From positions 288,001 through 352,000 of the forward strand of contig JBMNJT010000008.1 of assembly GCA_050951805.1 (NCBI GenBank): 64,000 nt of DNA. Reading direction: 5' to 3'. Positions 10,942-21,334 of the stretch are shown here, in pieces (the first letter of the stretch is position 1; the number at the start of each line of letters is the position of its first letter). The DNA comes from Bacillota bacterium. GTDB taxonomy: Bacteria; Bacillota; DTU025. Both the position numbers and the translations under genes were made by a program. The notes beneath the pieces are model-generated. The model saw nothing but the letters and a program-made list of their open reading frames with translations. It was not told where the DNA came from and ran no database searches.

Positions 10942-12195
10942 ATGGATATACTGAAAATACCAACAGAAAAACTAAAACCATCTAAATATAATCCGCGGAA
11001 AGATTTAAAGCCTGGTGACCCTGAATATGAAAAATTACGTCGGTCTATTGAAGAGTTTGGATATGTAGAGCCGGTCATATGGAATAAACGCACCGGGAAT
11101 ATTGTCGGCGGACATCAGCGTTATAAAGTACTTACAGCTTTGGGGTATAAGGAGATCGACTGTGTTGTAGTTGATTTGGATGAACAGCGGGAAAAGGCGC
11201 TCAATGTCGCGCTGAATAAAATCAGTGGTGAGTTTGATATTCCGCTTTTGACCGATCTGCTTATGGATTTAAATGAAGATGGTTTTGACGTTTCTCTTAC
11301 CGGGTTTGATGCTGCGGAAATTGATGAGTTGTTCCGTGATAAAACAACCGCTAATGTCAAAGAGGATAATTTCGATACAGAAAAGGCAATTGCAGAGATT
11401 AAAATTCCGGTTACCCAAAAGGGCGACATATGGGTACTTGGCAGCCACCGTCTGATGTGCGGTGATAGCACCATGCTTTCAGATGTGCAAAAGCTGATGA
11501 ACGGACAAAAGGCGAGATTTGTTTTCACCGACCCACCCTGGAATGTTGATTACGGTTCAGATACCAGGCATCCAAGCTGGAAGCCAAGACAAATTCTAAA
11601 TGACAATATGAGCACCGAAGAATTCGGCGCTTTTTTATTGCGCGCTTTTAAATGCATGAAAGAGGTTTCTGAAGCCGGATGCATGACCTATGTGGTAATG
11701 AGTGCTCAGGAATGGGGCAGTTTGATGAACGTCATGCGGGAGGCAGGGTATCACTGGTCGAGCACAATTATATGGAAAAAAGACAGCTTGGTACTATCAA
11801 GAAAGGACTATCATACCCAGTACGAGCCGATCTGGTACGGTTGGCTTGAAGGAACACGCCTTTGCCCGCTTAAAGACCGTAAACAGTCAGATGTTTGGGA
11901 GATACCCCGTCCTAAAGTATCGGAGGAGCACCCTACCATGAAGCCGGTATCGCTTGTAGCAAAGGCAATGCTCAATAGTTCCCATATTGGAGATTTAACT
12001 CTTGACCTGTTCGGTGGTTCTGGTACGACAATGATTGCGGCACAGCAGACCGGGCGGGTTTGTTTTATGATGGAGCTTGACTCGAAATACTGCGATGTGA
12101 TTGTAAAGCGCTATGTTTCACAATTTGGCGCAGATTCAGTATTCTTGGTAACAGGTAGTGAAAAAATACCTTACGCGGAAACACAGATTGATTAA
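10942..12195 (+). CDS. ParB-N domain + N6 adenine DNA methyltransferase (DPPW)
   Basis: Paralogous ParB-like N-terminus; TDPPW, HPTMKP and DLFGGSGTT motifs. Confidence 0.9.
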   Translation: MDILKIPTEKLKPSKYNPRKDLKPGDPEYEKLRRSIEEFGYVEPVIWNKRTGNIVGGHQRYKVLTALGYKEIDCVVVDLDEQREKALNVALNKISGEFDIPLLTDLLMDLNEDGFDVSLTGFDAAEIDELFRDKTTANVKEDNFDTEKAIAEIKIPVTQKGDIWVLGSHRLMCGDSTMLSDVQKLMNGQKARFVFTDPPWNVDYGSDTRHPSWKPRQILNDNMSTEEFGAFLLRAFKCMKEVSEAGCMTYVVMSAQEWGSLMNVMREAGYHWSSTIIWKKDSLVLSRKDYHTQYEPIWYGWLEGTRLCPLKDRKQSDVWEIPRPKVSEEHPTMKPVSLVAKAMLNSSHIGDLTLDLFGGSGTTMIAAQQTGRVCFMMELDSKYCDVIVKRYVSQFGADSVFLVTGSEKIPYAETQID

Positions 12196-12311
12196 AAATG
12201 TCCTTGCTTTCCCCTCAAAACAGAGCGTTAATGTACCCCACCAAAAAGGAAAGGTGGGATTTTTTATGGGAATCAAAAATGTTTTAGCTTATTTGAGGGG
12301 AGGTGTATGGC

Positions 12312-13004
12312 ATGAGCAATAACAGCTTTCGCTTTTCACAGAAGATTGTCGGTCAGGAGAGAAAAGCCATTGCCTCGGTCATAGCTGAAGCCCTTGAAGG
12401 CCAGGTGCGCTATGCCGGAGCACCGGAGTTTTTGTATGAGATTAAAGACGAAAAATCTGCTGGCAGTTGGACGATTGACAGGGACAGTGTGGTTCACTCA
12501 CCGAAAATCAGTCTCAATGAAATAAAAACCATCCGTTCAGTTATTGACACGTTGAATGTGGAGGGCTTTTCAGCAGAGGGGACCATGACAATTACTCTTT
12601 CGTTGGAGGGCTTTAGCGCGATTAGCCTTGAAAACCTAAATAATATGCTGGCCAGCAAAGAGACATTGATAAAGAAGGCGATGTTGATTGAGGGGGAACT
12701 TGTAGTCTTAGCTGAAAATGATGAGATTTCCTTCCCTTTCTGGAACGCGACTTTAAATGCTGATGAAGTGCAGACCTATATAACGCTGGCAAAGCAGATG
12801 GCAGAACAGGCAAAATTACAGAAGCGAGTACTACGAAAAGAAAAACCAACAGATAATGAAAAATATGCTTTTCGCTGTTTCCTGCTTAGGTTGGGGTTTA
12901 TAGGTGATAACTTCAAAACTGAACGCAAGGTGTTACTTTCAAGGCTGTCCGGTAACGGGGCGTATCGGAAAGGCAGAGCAAAGGCGGTGGACGAAAATGA
13001 ATAA
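12312..13004 (+). CDS. Phage 'virulence-related' conserved protein
   Basis: C-terminal NEKYAFRCFLLRLGFIG...RKVLL.RLSGNGAYR motif, shared with the amidoligase C-terminus. Confidence 0.7.
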   Translation: MSNNSFRFSQKIVGQERKAIASVIAEALEGQVRYAGAPEFLYEIKDEKSAGSWTIDRDSVVHSPKISLNEIKTIRSVIDTLNVEGFSAEGTMTITLSLEGFSAISLENLNNMLASKETLIKKAMLIEGELVVLAENDEISFPFWNATLNADEVQTYITLAKQMAEQAKLQKRVLRKEKPTDNEKYAFRCFLLRLGFIGDNFKTERKVLLSRLSGNGAYRKGRAKAVDENE

Positions 13005-13332
13005 TTTTCATAGCACCGCCTTCTTTGTCAAGCATCCGTTTAGAATAGAGGATTTAAAAGTGCCGCATCGGTATGAGACGAGGAAACGATTTGTAGTTGT
13101 AAAAACTATCGAGCTATCAAAGATTGATTATGATAACTTCGTTGCCGACCTATGTGTTGATCGCATTTTCATTGAGGAAAATAAAGGGCTTTGTCACGTT
13201 AATGAGGATGGAGTGTGGCGTTGCCTGCTGGTTAAGCAGCGGGGACGGTCTGATGGAGTGTTGGTAATGCCGGATGGTAGAGATTACCCAAAGTATGCCG
13301 CATATTATCCTGGAGAGGAGGACGAACTATGA
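12997..13332 (+). CDS. Conserved hypothetical phage protein (DUF6329-like)
   Basis: DYDNF..DL..DR.FI...CLLV...GVLV motif; overlaps the upstream stop. Confidence 0.6.
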   Translation: MNNFHSTAFFVKHPFRIEDLKVPHRYETRKRFVVVKTIELSKIDYDNFVADLCVDRIFIEENKGLCHVNEDGVWRCLLVKQRGRSDGVLVMPDGRDYPKYAAYYPGEEDEL

Positions 13333-13559
13333 GTGCAAGAGGCTTCCCTTCAAAAGAAACAGTCCTTCGCATTAAAGAGCAGTATCCGCCGGGAACACGT
13401 GTTGAGCTTATCTGCATGGATGATCCGTATTCTAAGCTGAAACCGGGAGACCAAGGAACAGTATCTTTCGTGGATGATATCGGAACTGTTCATATCAACT
13501 GGGACTGCGGTTCTTCTTTGGGTGTAGCCTATGGTATAGATGTGATCAGAAAGCTGTAA
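13329..13559 (+). CDS. DUF4314 domain protein
   Basis: YPPGTRVEL..MDDPY...GTV..VDDIG...WD.GSSL motif. Confidence 0.85.
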   Translation: MSARGFPSKETVLRIKEQYPPGTRVELICMDDPYSKLKPGDQGTVSFVDDIGTVHINWDCGSSLGVAYGIDVIRKL

Positions 13560-13700
13560 ATGTACACAATTCAAGATGTGTAAAATTGTTCAAAATCCAG
13601 TGGAAACTCACGCAGAATTGCCTTGCTATCCTGTGTTTTCAATGGCCTAATGTACACTGCCAAAGGGCAAAAAACACAGAGAAAGCGAGGAGAAAGCGCA

Positions 13701-14600
13701 ATGCTTACAACGAGATTTGGAATCGAGGTAGAATTGACGGGGATGACAAGAAAACAAGCGGCAAAAACTGCAGCAGCTTTTCTTGGAGGGAGGGTTGAAT
13801 CCAGCGGAGATTATTACGATACCCAAAAGGTTATTGCACCGGATGGACGGATATGGAAATTCATGAGCGACGGGAGCATCCGGACTCAGAAAAAGGAAAA
13901 CGGCAGGATTGTGGCGGCTGGCCGGGAATATAGCGTCGAGTTGGTAAGCCCGATACTGACATACCGCGAGGACATTGAAACCCTGCAGGAATTGATAAGG
14001 AGGCTTCGCAAGGCTGGAGGTTTTGCAAACACAAGCTGTGGAATTCATATCCATATAGACGGTGCAGACCACACACCGCGAAGCATCCGTAATTTTATCA
14101 ACATTATCGCCAGCAAGAATGACCTTTTCTATAAAGCATTGCAGATTGAGCCGGACAGGATGCGGTTTTGTAAAAAGATGGATGCGGCACTGGTTGAGAA
14201 GATGAATCGGCGTAAGCCCAAAACCATGGCGGCGATTGAGAGCATCTGGTACGAAGGTTACAGCGAAAGCCGAAGCACCCATTACCATAATAGCAGGTAC
14301 CACTTTTTGAACCTGCACAGCTTTTTTAATGGCAATGGGACAATTGAGCTTCGAGGCTTTAACAGCGAACTTCATGCGGGAAAAATTAGAAGCTACATAG
14401 TGCTTGCCCTTGCGTTAAACCATCAGGCGTTAACGCAAAAATGCGCTTCCAGCAAGAAACCACAGGTTGAAAATGAGAAGTTTGCCATGCGGACATATCT
14501 CAACCGCATAGGACTTATTGGTGATGAGTTCAAAAACTGCCGGGAGCATCTTTGCAAACACCTTGATGGTAACGCAGCATGGCGGTTTCGGGCAGCATAG
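13701..14600 (+). CDS. Amidoligase-2 (COOH-NH2 ligase) family protein
   Basis: FGIEVE, DGSI, ELVSP, CGIHIH, SRY..LN and TIELR motifs; RBS GAGGAG before ATG at 13701. Confidence 0.9.
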   Translation: MLTTRFGIEVELTGMTRKQAAKTAAAFLGGRVESSGDYYDTQKVIAPDGRIWKFMSDGSIRTQKKENGRIVAAGREYSVELVSPILTYREDIETLQELIRRLRKAGGFANTSCGIHIHIDGADHTPRSIRNFINIIASKNDLFYKALQIEPDRMRFCKKMDAALVEKMNRRKPKTMAAIESIWYEGYSESRSTHYHNSRYHFLNLHSFFNGNGTIELRGFNSELHAGKIRSYIVLALALNHQALTQKCASSKKPQVENEKFAMRTYLNRIGLIGDEFKNCREHLCKHLDGNAAWRFRAA

Positions 14601-14661
14601 ATAGACAAGCGCAGGGGTGGATCTCCGCCTCTGCCTTGGTAAATACAAGGAGGATGATACG

Positions 14662-15129
14662 ATGAGCAAAGAAAAAGGAACCATATATTTAGCATACGGA
14701 AGCAATCTGAACTTAAGGCAGATGGCATACCGCTGCCCAACGGCAAAAGTGCTGGGGAGTGCAAAACTCACAGGATACCGGCTGTTATTCAGAGGAGGGA
14801 ATGGCGGCGCAGTAGCGACAATAGAAAAACAAAAAGGTGAAAGTGTACCGGTAATGCTTTGGAGAATCATGCCTAATGATGAGAAGGCGCTGGACAGATA
14901 TGAAGGTTATCCGCATCTATACCGGAAAGAAACGGTTAAGGTACGTTTCAAAGGGCAGTGGGTACCCGCAATGGTGTATATCATGAATGAAGGTAGACCT
15001 TTGGGAGCACCGGGTCGTTACTATTACGAGGTGATTCGGCAGGGCTATATAGATGCGGGTTTTGATATTTCGTTTCTCAATAAAGCGGTAAGAGATTCAA
15101 TTTCAGCGGCAGAGAAGTCAGAGGTGTAG
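14662..15129 (+). CDS. Gamma-glutamylcyclotransferase family protein
   Basis: YLAYGSNL and LDRYEGYP motifs. Confidence 0.9.
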   Translation: MSKEKGTIYLAYGSNLNLRQMAYRCPTAKVLGSAKLTGYRLLFRGGNGGAVATIEKQKGESVPVMLWRIMPNDEKALDRYEGYPHLYRKETVKVRFKGQWVPAMVYIMNEGRPLGAPGRYYYEVIRQGYIDAGFDISFLNKAVRDSISAAEKSEV

Positions 15130-15132
15130 GAC

Positions 15133-15327
15133 ATGGGTAACGAGAATCTGATAACTGATAAGATTTATCGGCAGATTATGGCCATACGGGACAGCGGTGC
15201 CTGTAATATGTTTGACTTGCCAAGAGTACAGGAAGAGGCATATAAAATGGGGTTTTATGAATTAGTAGTATTTCTTAATGAACACAAGAAAGAATATGCC
15301 GAGTTTATCCTGACAGGCAAACGATAA
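15133..15327 (+). CDS. DUF5049 family protein
   Basis: QIMAIRDSG..NMFD...ELV.F.......Y..FILTG motif. Confidence 0.8.
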   Translation: MGNENLITDKIYRQIMAIRDSGACNMFDLPRVQEEAYKMGFYELVVFLNEHKKEYAEFILTGKR

Positions 15328-15429
15328 CGGTTATAACGTAACAAGTTTCATAGAAATCCACTAAGGAGAGGAACTTCATCCATGAGGTTCCTTTTTTCTT
15401 GCTCAATTTTAGGAAAGGAGGCGGCAAAG

Positions 15430-17033
15430 CTGCGGAAGTTAAAACGGTATAAACCAACCAAGTTTATGGCGGAAGGTTCTCGATATGACAAGGAAGCGGC
15501 TGATGCCGCTGTTACTTTTATAAACTGCCTGAAGCATACCAAGGGTGAATGGTATGGAATGCCTTTTGAATTAATTGACTGGCAGGAACAGATTGTCCGG
15601 GACATATTCGGAATCTTGAAACCTAACGGATACAGGCAGTTTAACACTGCCTATATAGAAATTCCAAAAAAGCAGGGTAAGAGCGAACTTGCAGCGGCAA
15701 TTGCTTTATATCTTACCTGTGGTGATTTCGAGCATGGCGGCGAGGTTTATGGATGTGCGTCTGATCGTCAGCAGGCATCCATTGTTTTCGATGTTGCAGT
15801 AGATATGGTGGAACAGTGTCCGGCATTAAAATCTCGAATTAAACCAATGCTGTCACAGAAGCGGCTGGTTTATAAACCGTTAGGCAGTTTTTATCAGGTG
15901 CTTTCAGCGGAGGCATATACAAAACATGGCCTAAACGTCCATGGTGTGGTATTTGACGAACTTCATGCTCAGCCAAACAGGGATCTTTATGATGTAATGC
16001 TTCACGGATCTGGCGATGCAAGAAAACAACCGCTGTTTTTCCTGATCACAACTGCTGGCACAGACCGCAATTCCATCTGCTGGGAAGTACATCAAAAGGC
16101 TGAGGATATTCTTCAAGGGCGTAAGATAGATCCGACTTTCTACCCTGTTATCTACAGCGCAGCCGATACCGATGACTGGACAAGTGAAAAGGTATGGAGA
16201 AAGGTTAACCCGTCACTGGGCATTACAGTCGACATCGAAAAATTGAGGGTGGCTTGTGAAAATGCCAAGCAAAATCCTGCAGAGGAAAATTTATTCCGTC
16301 AGCTCCGCTTAAATCAGTGGGTGAAACAATCGGTGCGCTGGATGCCAATGGATAAATGGGATAAGTGTGCGTTTCCTGTTGATGCAGAAAAATTGCGCGG
16401 CAGAACCTGTTACGGAGGACTTGACCTGTCATCTACTACCGATATTACCGCCTTTGTGCTGGTGTTTCCACCGCTTGATGAATCTGACAAATATCAGATT
16501 CTACCTTTTTTCTGGATACCGGAGGAGAATATTGATCAGCGTGTGCGGAGAGATCATGTGCCTTATGATGTCTGGGAGAGGCAAGGCTTTTTATATACCA
16601 CTGAGGGTAACGTCGTGCATTATGGCTTTATCGAAACCTTTATTGAGGAACTCGGAATGAAATATAACATTAAGGAAATAGCCTTTGACCGCTGGGGCGC
16701 AATTCAGATGACGCAAAACCTCGAGGCTTTGGGGTTTACGGTTGTTCCATTCGGTCAGGGTTTCAAGGATATGTCGCCGCCTACAAAGGAACTGATGAAG
16801 CTGACACTTGAACAGAAAATCGCCCACGGTGGTCATCCTGTACTCCGTTGGATGATGGATAACATCTACATCAAGACCGATCCGGCAGGAAACATAAAGC
16901 CAGATAAGGAGAAGAGTACAGAAAGAATAGATGGCGCGGTAGCATCCATTATGGCGCTAGACCGAGCCATTCGTTGTGGATCTGTAAGCAGCGGTGAGTC
17001 GGTGTACAATGAAAGGGGCTGCTTATTTTATAA
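15430..17033 (+). CDS. terL: Phage terminase large subunit (C-terminal frameshift in G run near 17015; ORF track runs on to 17163)
   Basis: EIPKKQGKS Walker A, VFDELH, GGLDLS and ERIDG motifs; the expected end ERGLLIL* is one base out of frame. Confidence 0.9.
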
Positions 17034-17061
17034 AAACCTAAATGTTTTTAATAAAAACCGC

Positions 17062-17091
17062 TTGACATTTAATAACATGCAGGTTTATAAT
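17062..17091 (+). promoter_or_regulatory. Consensus sigma-A promoter of moron, flanked by TAAAAACC repeats
   Basis: TTGACA (17062) - 18 bp - TATAAT (17086); TAAAAACC at about 17031, 17052 and 17091. Confidence 0.7.
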
Positions 17092-17128
17092 AAAAACCAG
17101 AACAAGATAAGTGGAAGGTGGTTTTTAT

Positions 17129-17479
17129 ATGTCAAGAGTGGTTCAGGTGTCGTTCACAGATAAGGAATTTGCAGATCTCGAGCGTTTAGCCCAAGAAGAG
17201 GGAGTGACTGTTCCGTTTTACATCAAAAGCAAGGTGTTGGAGGATACCGAGTTCCAACAGTGGTTCCAAGAGTTGCTTATCCGCACTGGCCGAATTCCGA
17301 AAGATACTGCGTTTAACATCAAAGCAGTATTCGGCACCGACTGGATTAGCATCTCCAAGGGTGTTCGACTGGCTCTTGGAAGATCGTTTTATAATTATGT
17401 GAACGCTGGGAAAGTACCAGGTGTAGTACCCACAGAAAAAGACAGTGCAAATACTCAGTGGTACAGAAAGGTGGAATGA
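17129..17479 (+). CDS. Ribbon-helix-helix/CopG-like regulator with DUF1413-like C-terminus
   Basis: N-terminal VVQVSFTDKEFADLERLAQEEGVTV has the strand-helix-helix pattern. Confidence 0.55.
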   Translation: MSRVVQVSFTDKEFADLERLAQEEGVTVPFYIKSKVLEDTEFQQWFQELLIRTGRIPKDTAFNIKAVFGTDWISISKGVRLALGRSFYNYVNAGKVPGVVPTEKDSANTQWYRKVE

Positions 17480-18042
17480 CCTTCATGAAGAATACGGCCA
17501 AGAGGAAAACAAACTTAACTCAGAAGCTTGGCATTGGAAAAGGCGGATTCAAAAAAGCGATTCGTGATGGGCTGCTGCTATCCAGTAAGGATAAAGATGC
17601 CTACGAGTGCGGCATAAAGTTTTTTAATAATCGCTGCGCTTATTGCGGAATGAGCGGTGACGTTATTCAACTTACTGCCGACCATATAGTACCCTCAGCT
17701 AAAGGCGGACGCTTTGTTAAAGGAAATATTGTACCAGCATGCCAAAAATGCAACTCAATAAGGCGTGATCAACCTATTGACGTTTTTATTAATGACCCAC
17801 AGGTGCTAGAGAAGATCAAGGATTTCCAGAGTATGTACCAATTTAAAGAGTCTGAAAAGAGTCTCGATGCTGAGCTTGGTGAAAATGGAAAATTCATACT
17901 CGAACAACTTGATGCTGTTCTCATTATTATACGAGATGTCGCACGGGAAGCTATTCGAGCAAATGAACGAAACGAAATACTACCGTTAGAAGAATGGGTC
18001 AAAGATATTAAGGAAGTAACTAAGAAATACGGGTTGATATAG
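17476..18042 (+). CDS. HNH endonuclease with helical C-terminal extension
   Basis: CAYC...DHIVP..KGG.....NIVPAC..CN zinc-binding HNH motif. Confidence 0.85.
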   Translation: MTFMKNTAKRKTNLTQKLGIGKGGFKKAIRDGLLLSSKDKDAYECGIKFFNNRCAYCGMSGDVIQLTADHIVPSAKGGRFVKGNIVPACQKCNSIRRDQPIDVFINDPQVLEKIKDFQSMYQFKESEKSLDAELGENGKFILEQLDAVLIIIRDVAREAIRANERNEILPLEEWVKDIKEVTKKYGLI

Positions 18043-18067
18043 CATTTAAAAGAATAGGTCAATTTAT

Positions 18068-18094
18068 AGGCATCGCTTCGGCGGTGTCTTTTTC
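18068..18094 (+). terminator. Rho-independent terminator closing the moron
   Basis: GGCATCGC-TTCG-GCGGTGTC hairpin followed by TTTTT. Confidence 0.7.
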
Positions 18095-18119
18095 ATGCCA
18101 TTTTTCGGAGGTGATCTAC

Positions 18120-19439
18120 ATGAGTATATTTTCAGGTTTATTTCGATCACGTGATAAGCCTAAAAATCATATTGGCAGTGCATTTTCGTTTCTGTTTGGC
18201 AGCACTACTAGTGGAAAGACAGTCAACGAACGGACGGCAATGCAATCAGCTGCAGTGTATGCCTGTGTAAGGATACTTGCAGAAGCCATCGCCGGGCTTC
18301 CGCTTCATGTGTACCGCTATAAAGAAGACGGTGGCAAAGAAAAAGCGTTGACCCACCCGCTCTATTATTTACTCCATGACGAACCAAACCCTGAGATGAC
18401 TTCATTCGTGTTCCGAGAAACACTGATGAGTCATCTTCTTTTATGGGGAAATGCTTACGCTCAAATTATTAGGGATGGTTCCGGACGAGTGCTGGCGCTT
18501 TATCCACTTTTGCCAAACAAAATGACGGTAGACAGGGCTCCAAACGGAGAACTGTTTTACACTTATCGGCGCGACAGCGATGAGAGCAGGGTTAATCCAA
18601 AAGCAGGCCTTATATACCTACGAAGTGATGAGGTTCTTCACATCCCGGGACTCGGTTTTGACGGTCTTGTAGGATACTCCCCTATTGCTATGGCCAAGAA
18701 CGCCATAGGCATGGCTATTGCCTGTGAGGAGTATGGTGCATCCTTTTTTGCCAACGGAGCAAATCCGGGTGGCGTTCTGGAACATCCCGGCGTATTAAAG
18801 GATCCGGCAAAGGTGCGAGAAAGCTGGAATGCTGTTTATCAAGGAAGTGCCAATGCTCATCGCATTGCAGTTCTGGAAGAGGGAATGAAGTTTCAACCAA
18901 TCGGCATTCCACCCGAACAGGCACAGTTTTTAGAGACAAGAAAGTTTCAGATAAATGAAATTGCTCGGATATTCCGAGTACCTCCCCATATGGTTGGAGA
19001 TCTTGAAAAGTCAAGCTTTTCAAACATCGAACAGCAATCTCTGGAATTTGTTAAATACACGCTTGACCCGTGGGTGGTGCGTTGGGAACAGGCTCTCCAA
19101 AAAGCGCTGCTTTTACCATCAGAGAAGCGGGCATACTTTGTCAAATTCAATGTAGATGGCCTTCTGCGCGGTGATTATGCAAGCCGCATGAATGGTTATG
19201 CTGTAGCTCGACAGAACGGCTGGATGTCTGCTAACGATATCCGCGAGCTTGAGGACATGAACCGGATTCCGGCGGAGTTGGGTGGAGATCTGTATCTTGT
19301 TAACGGTAACATGACCAGGCTTGCCGATGCAGGTGCCTTTGCAGGCAAAAACAATGCTAAAACGGAGGGATCAAAAGTTGAACAAATCACAAAAACCAAA
19401 ACCGGTTCGCCGCTTCTGGAACTGGATACAAAACGATGA
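18120..19439 (+). CDS. HK97-family portal protein
   Basis: AVYACVR, PNPEMT, LLWGNAY, VLHIPG and EIARIFRVPP motifs. Confidence 0.95.
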   Translation: MSIFSGLFRSRDKPKNHIGSAFSFLFGSTTSGKTVNERTAMQSAAVYACVRILAEAIAGLPLHVYRYKEDGGKEKALTHPLYYLLHDEPNPEMTSFVFRETLMSHLLLWGNAYAQIIRDGSGRVLALYPLLPNKMTVDRAPNGELFYTYRRDSDESRVNPKAGLIYLRSDEVLHIPGLGFDGLVGYSPIAMAKNAIGMAIACEEYGASFFANGANPGGVLEHPGVLKDPAKVRESWNAVYQGSANAHRIAVLEEGMKFQPIGIPPEQAQFLETRKFQINEIARIFRVPPHMVGDLEKSSFSNIEQQSLEFVKYTLDPWVVRWEQALQKALLLPSEKRAYFVKFNVDGLLRGDYASRMNGYAVARQNGWMSANDIRELEDMNRIPAELGGDLYLVNGNMTRLADAGAFAGKNNAKTEGSKVEQITKTKTGSPLLELDTKR

Positions 19440-20103
19440 TGGCAGCCGGACATTATATATTGACGGCCCAATAGCTGAAGAAAGCTGGCTGGGAGACGAA
19501 GTAACTCCCAAACAGTTCAAATCAGAGCTGTTGTCCGGAGAGGGTGATATAACGATCTGGATCAACAGCCCTGGCGGAGATATATTTGCAGCTAATCAAA
19601 TTTACAACATGCTTATGGATTACAAAGGCAAAGTGACGGTAAAGATTGACGGTATTGCAGCCAGCGCCGCTTCGGTCATAGCTATGGCCGGAGGTGACGT
19701 CTTTATGTCACCAGTCAGCATGATGATGATTCACAACCCTATGACAATAGCCATCGGTGATACGGAAGAAATGGAGAAAGCTATCGCAATGCTGGAAGAA
19801 ATAAAGGAATCCATCATCAACGCTTATGAGCTGAAAACCGGACTTTCCAGGGCAAAAATATCGCACCTAATGGATGCAGAAAGCTGGTTTAACGCAAGAA
19901 AAGCGGTGGAACTTGGCTTTGCCGATGGAATCTTGTTTATGGAGGATGAATCATTCCCATCCGAATTTGAAGTATCAGGAGGAATGATCTTCAGCAGGCA
20001 GGCAGTAACAAATTCCATCCTGCAAAAGCTTAAACCAAAAGAAAAACCAAAAGGAACACCAATTGAGTCGCTTGAAAAGCGGCTTTTTTTATTAAAACCT
20101 TAA
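19378..20103 (+). CDS. ClpP-like prohead maturation protease
   Basis: INSPGG, GIAASAAS and MMIHNP motifs. Confidence 0.9.
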   Translation: MNKSQKPKPVRRFWNWIQNDDGSRTLYIDGPIAEESWLGDEVTPKQFKSELLSGEGDITIWINSPGGDIFAANQIYNMLMDYKGKVTVKIDGIAASAASVIAMAGGDVFMSPVSMMMIHNPMTIAIGDTEEMEKAIAMLEEIKESIINAYELKTGLSRAKISHLMDAESWFNARKAVELGFADGILFMEDESFPSEFEVSGGMIFSRQAVTNSILQKLKPKEKPKGTPIESLEKRLFLLKP

Positions 20104-20116
20104 GGAGGATTTGATT

Positions 20117-21319
20117 ATGAGCAAAATACTGGAACTGCGTGAAAAACGCGCTAAAGTATGGGAAGCTGCTAAAGCTTTCCTCGACAGCAAACGCGGGAAC
20201 GACGGACTGCTTTCACCGGAGGATACCGCTACTTATGAAAAAATGGAAGCCGACGTTATTGCGCTGGGCAAAGAAATAGAGCGTCTTGAGCGTCAGGCTG
20301 CCATAGATTTGGAACTGTCAAAACCGTTGAATATTCCTATTACAGACAAACCCACTTCCATATCTGGCAACAATGAAAAAACCGGACGTGCCAGCGATGA
20401 GTACAGGCAGTCTTTCTGGAACATGATGCGCGGCAGGCGCAAATATGACGTACACAACGCGCTGCAGATTGGAGAGGACACCGAAGGTGGATATCTTGTT
20501 CCCGACGACTTTGAGCGTACTCTTGTGGAAGCACTGGAGGAGGAGAATATCTTTAGGCAGATTGCCAATGTTATTACCACGTCCAGCGGTGACAAGAAAA
20601 TTCCTGTGGTGGCAAGCAAGGGTACTGCATCCTGGGTGGATGAGGAAGGCCAGATTCCCGAAAGCGATGACTCCTTTGCACAGGTATCCATCGGCGCATA
20701 TAAGCTGGCTACTATGATCAAGGTGTCAGAGGAGTTGTTAAACGATAGTGTATTTAACCTTGAACAGTATATAGCCAAAGAATTCGCCCGCCGAATCGGA
20801 GCAAAAGAGGAGGAAGCATTTTTTATCGGTGACGGATCTGGCAAGCCAACCGGTATCTTGGCGGATAACGGCGGTGGCGAGATAGGAGTAACTGCGGCGA
20901 GCGCAACAGCCATTACCCTTGACGAGATCATGGACTTGTTCTACAGCCTAAAGTCTCCGTACCGCAGGAACGCTGTATTCATTATGAATGATTCGACAAT
21001 TAAAGCTATAAGGAAGCTCAAAGACAACAACGGTCAGTATCTCTGGCAGCCTTCTGTAACTGCTGGAACACCGGATACTATCCTCAATCGTCCAGTTAAA
21101 ACTTCTGCATTTATGCCAGCCATTGCCGCTGGAGCAAAAACGATTGTATTCGGCGATTTTTCTTATTACTGGGTGGCAGACCGTCAAGGCAGGATTTTTA
21201 AGCGGCTTAATGAGTTGTATGCTGCGACCGGACAAGTTGGATTCATGGCAACCCAGAGGGTTGATGGAAAGCTGATTCTTCCAGAATCGATTAAATATCT
21301 GCAGATGAAAGCTTCCTAA
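20117..21319 (+). CDS. HK97-family major capsid protein
   Basis: Coiled-coil delta domain, GGYLVP, ASWVDE, VSEELLND, KLKD..GQYLW and R.DGK motifs. Confidence 0.95.
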   Translation: MSKILELREKRAKVWEAAKAFLDSKRGNDGLLSPEDTATYEKMEADVIALGKEIERLERQAAIDLELSKPLNIPITDKPTSISGNNEKTGRASDEYRQSFWNMMRGRRKYDVHNALQIGEDTEGGYLVPDDFERTLVEALEEENIFRQIANVITTSSGDKKIPVVASKGTASWVDEEGQIPESDDSFAQVSIGAYKLATMIKVSEELLNDSVFNLEQYIAKEFARRIGAKEEEAFFIGDGSGKPTGILADNGGGEIGVTAASATAITLDEIMDLFYSLKSPYRRNAVFIMNDSTIKAIRKLKDNNGQYLWQPSVTAGTPDTILNRPVKTSAFMPAIAAGAKTIVFGDFSYYWVADRQGRIFKRLNELYAATGQVGFMATQRVDGKLILPESIKYLQMKAS

Positions 21320-21334
21320 GTTAGAGTTAGGCAG

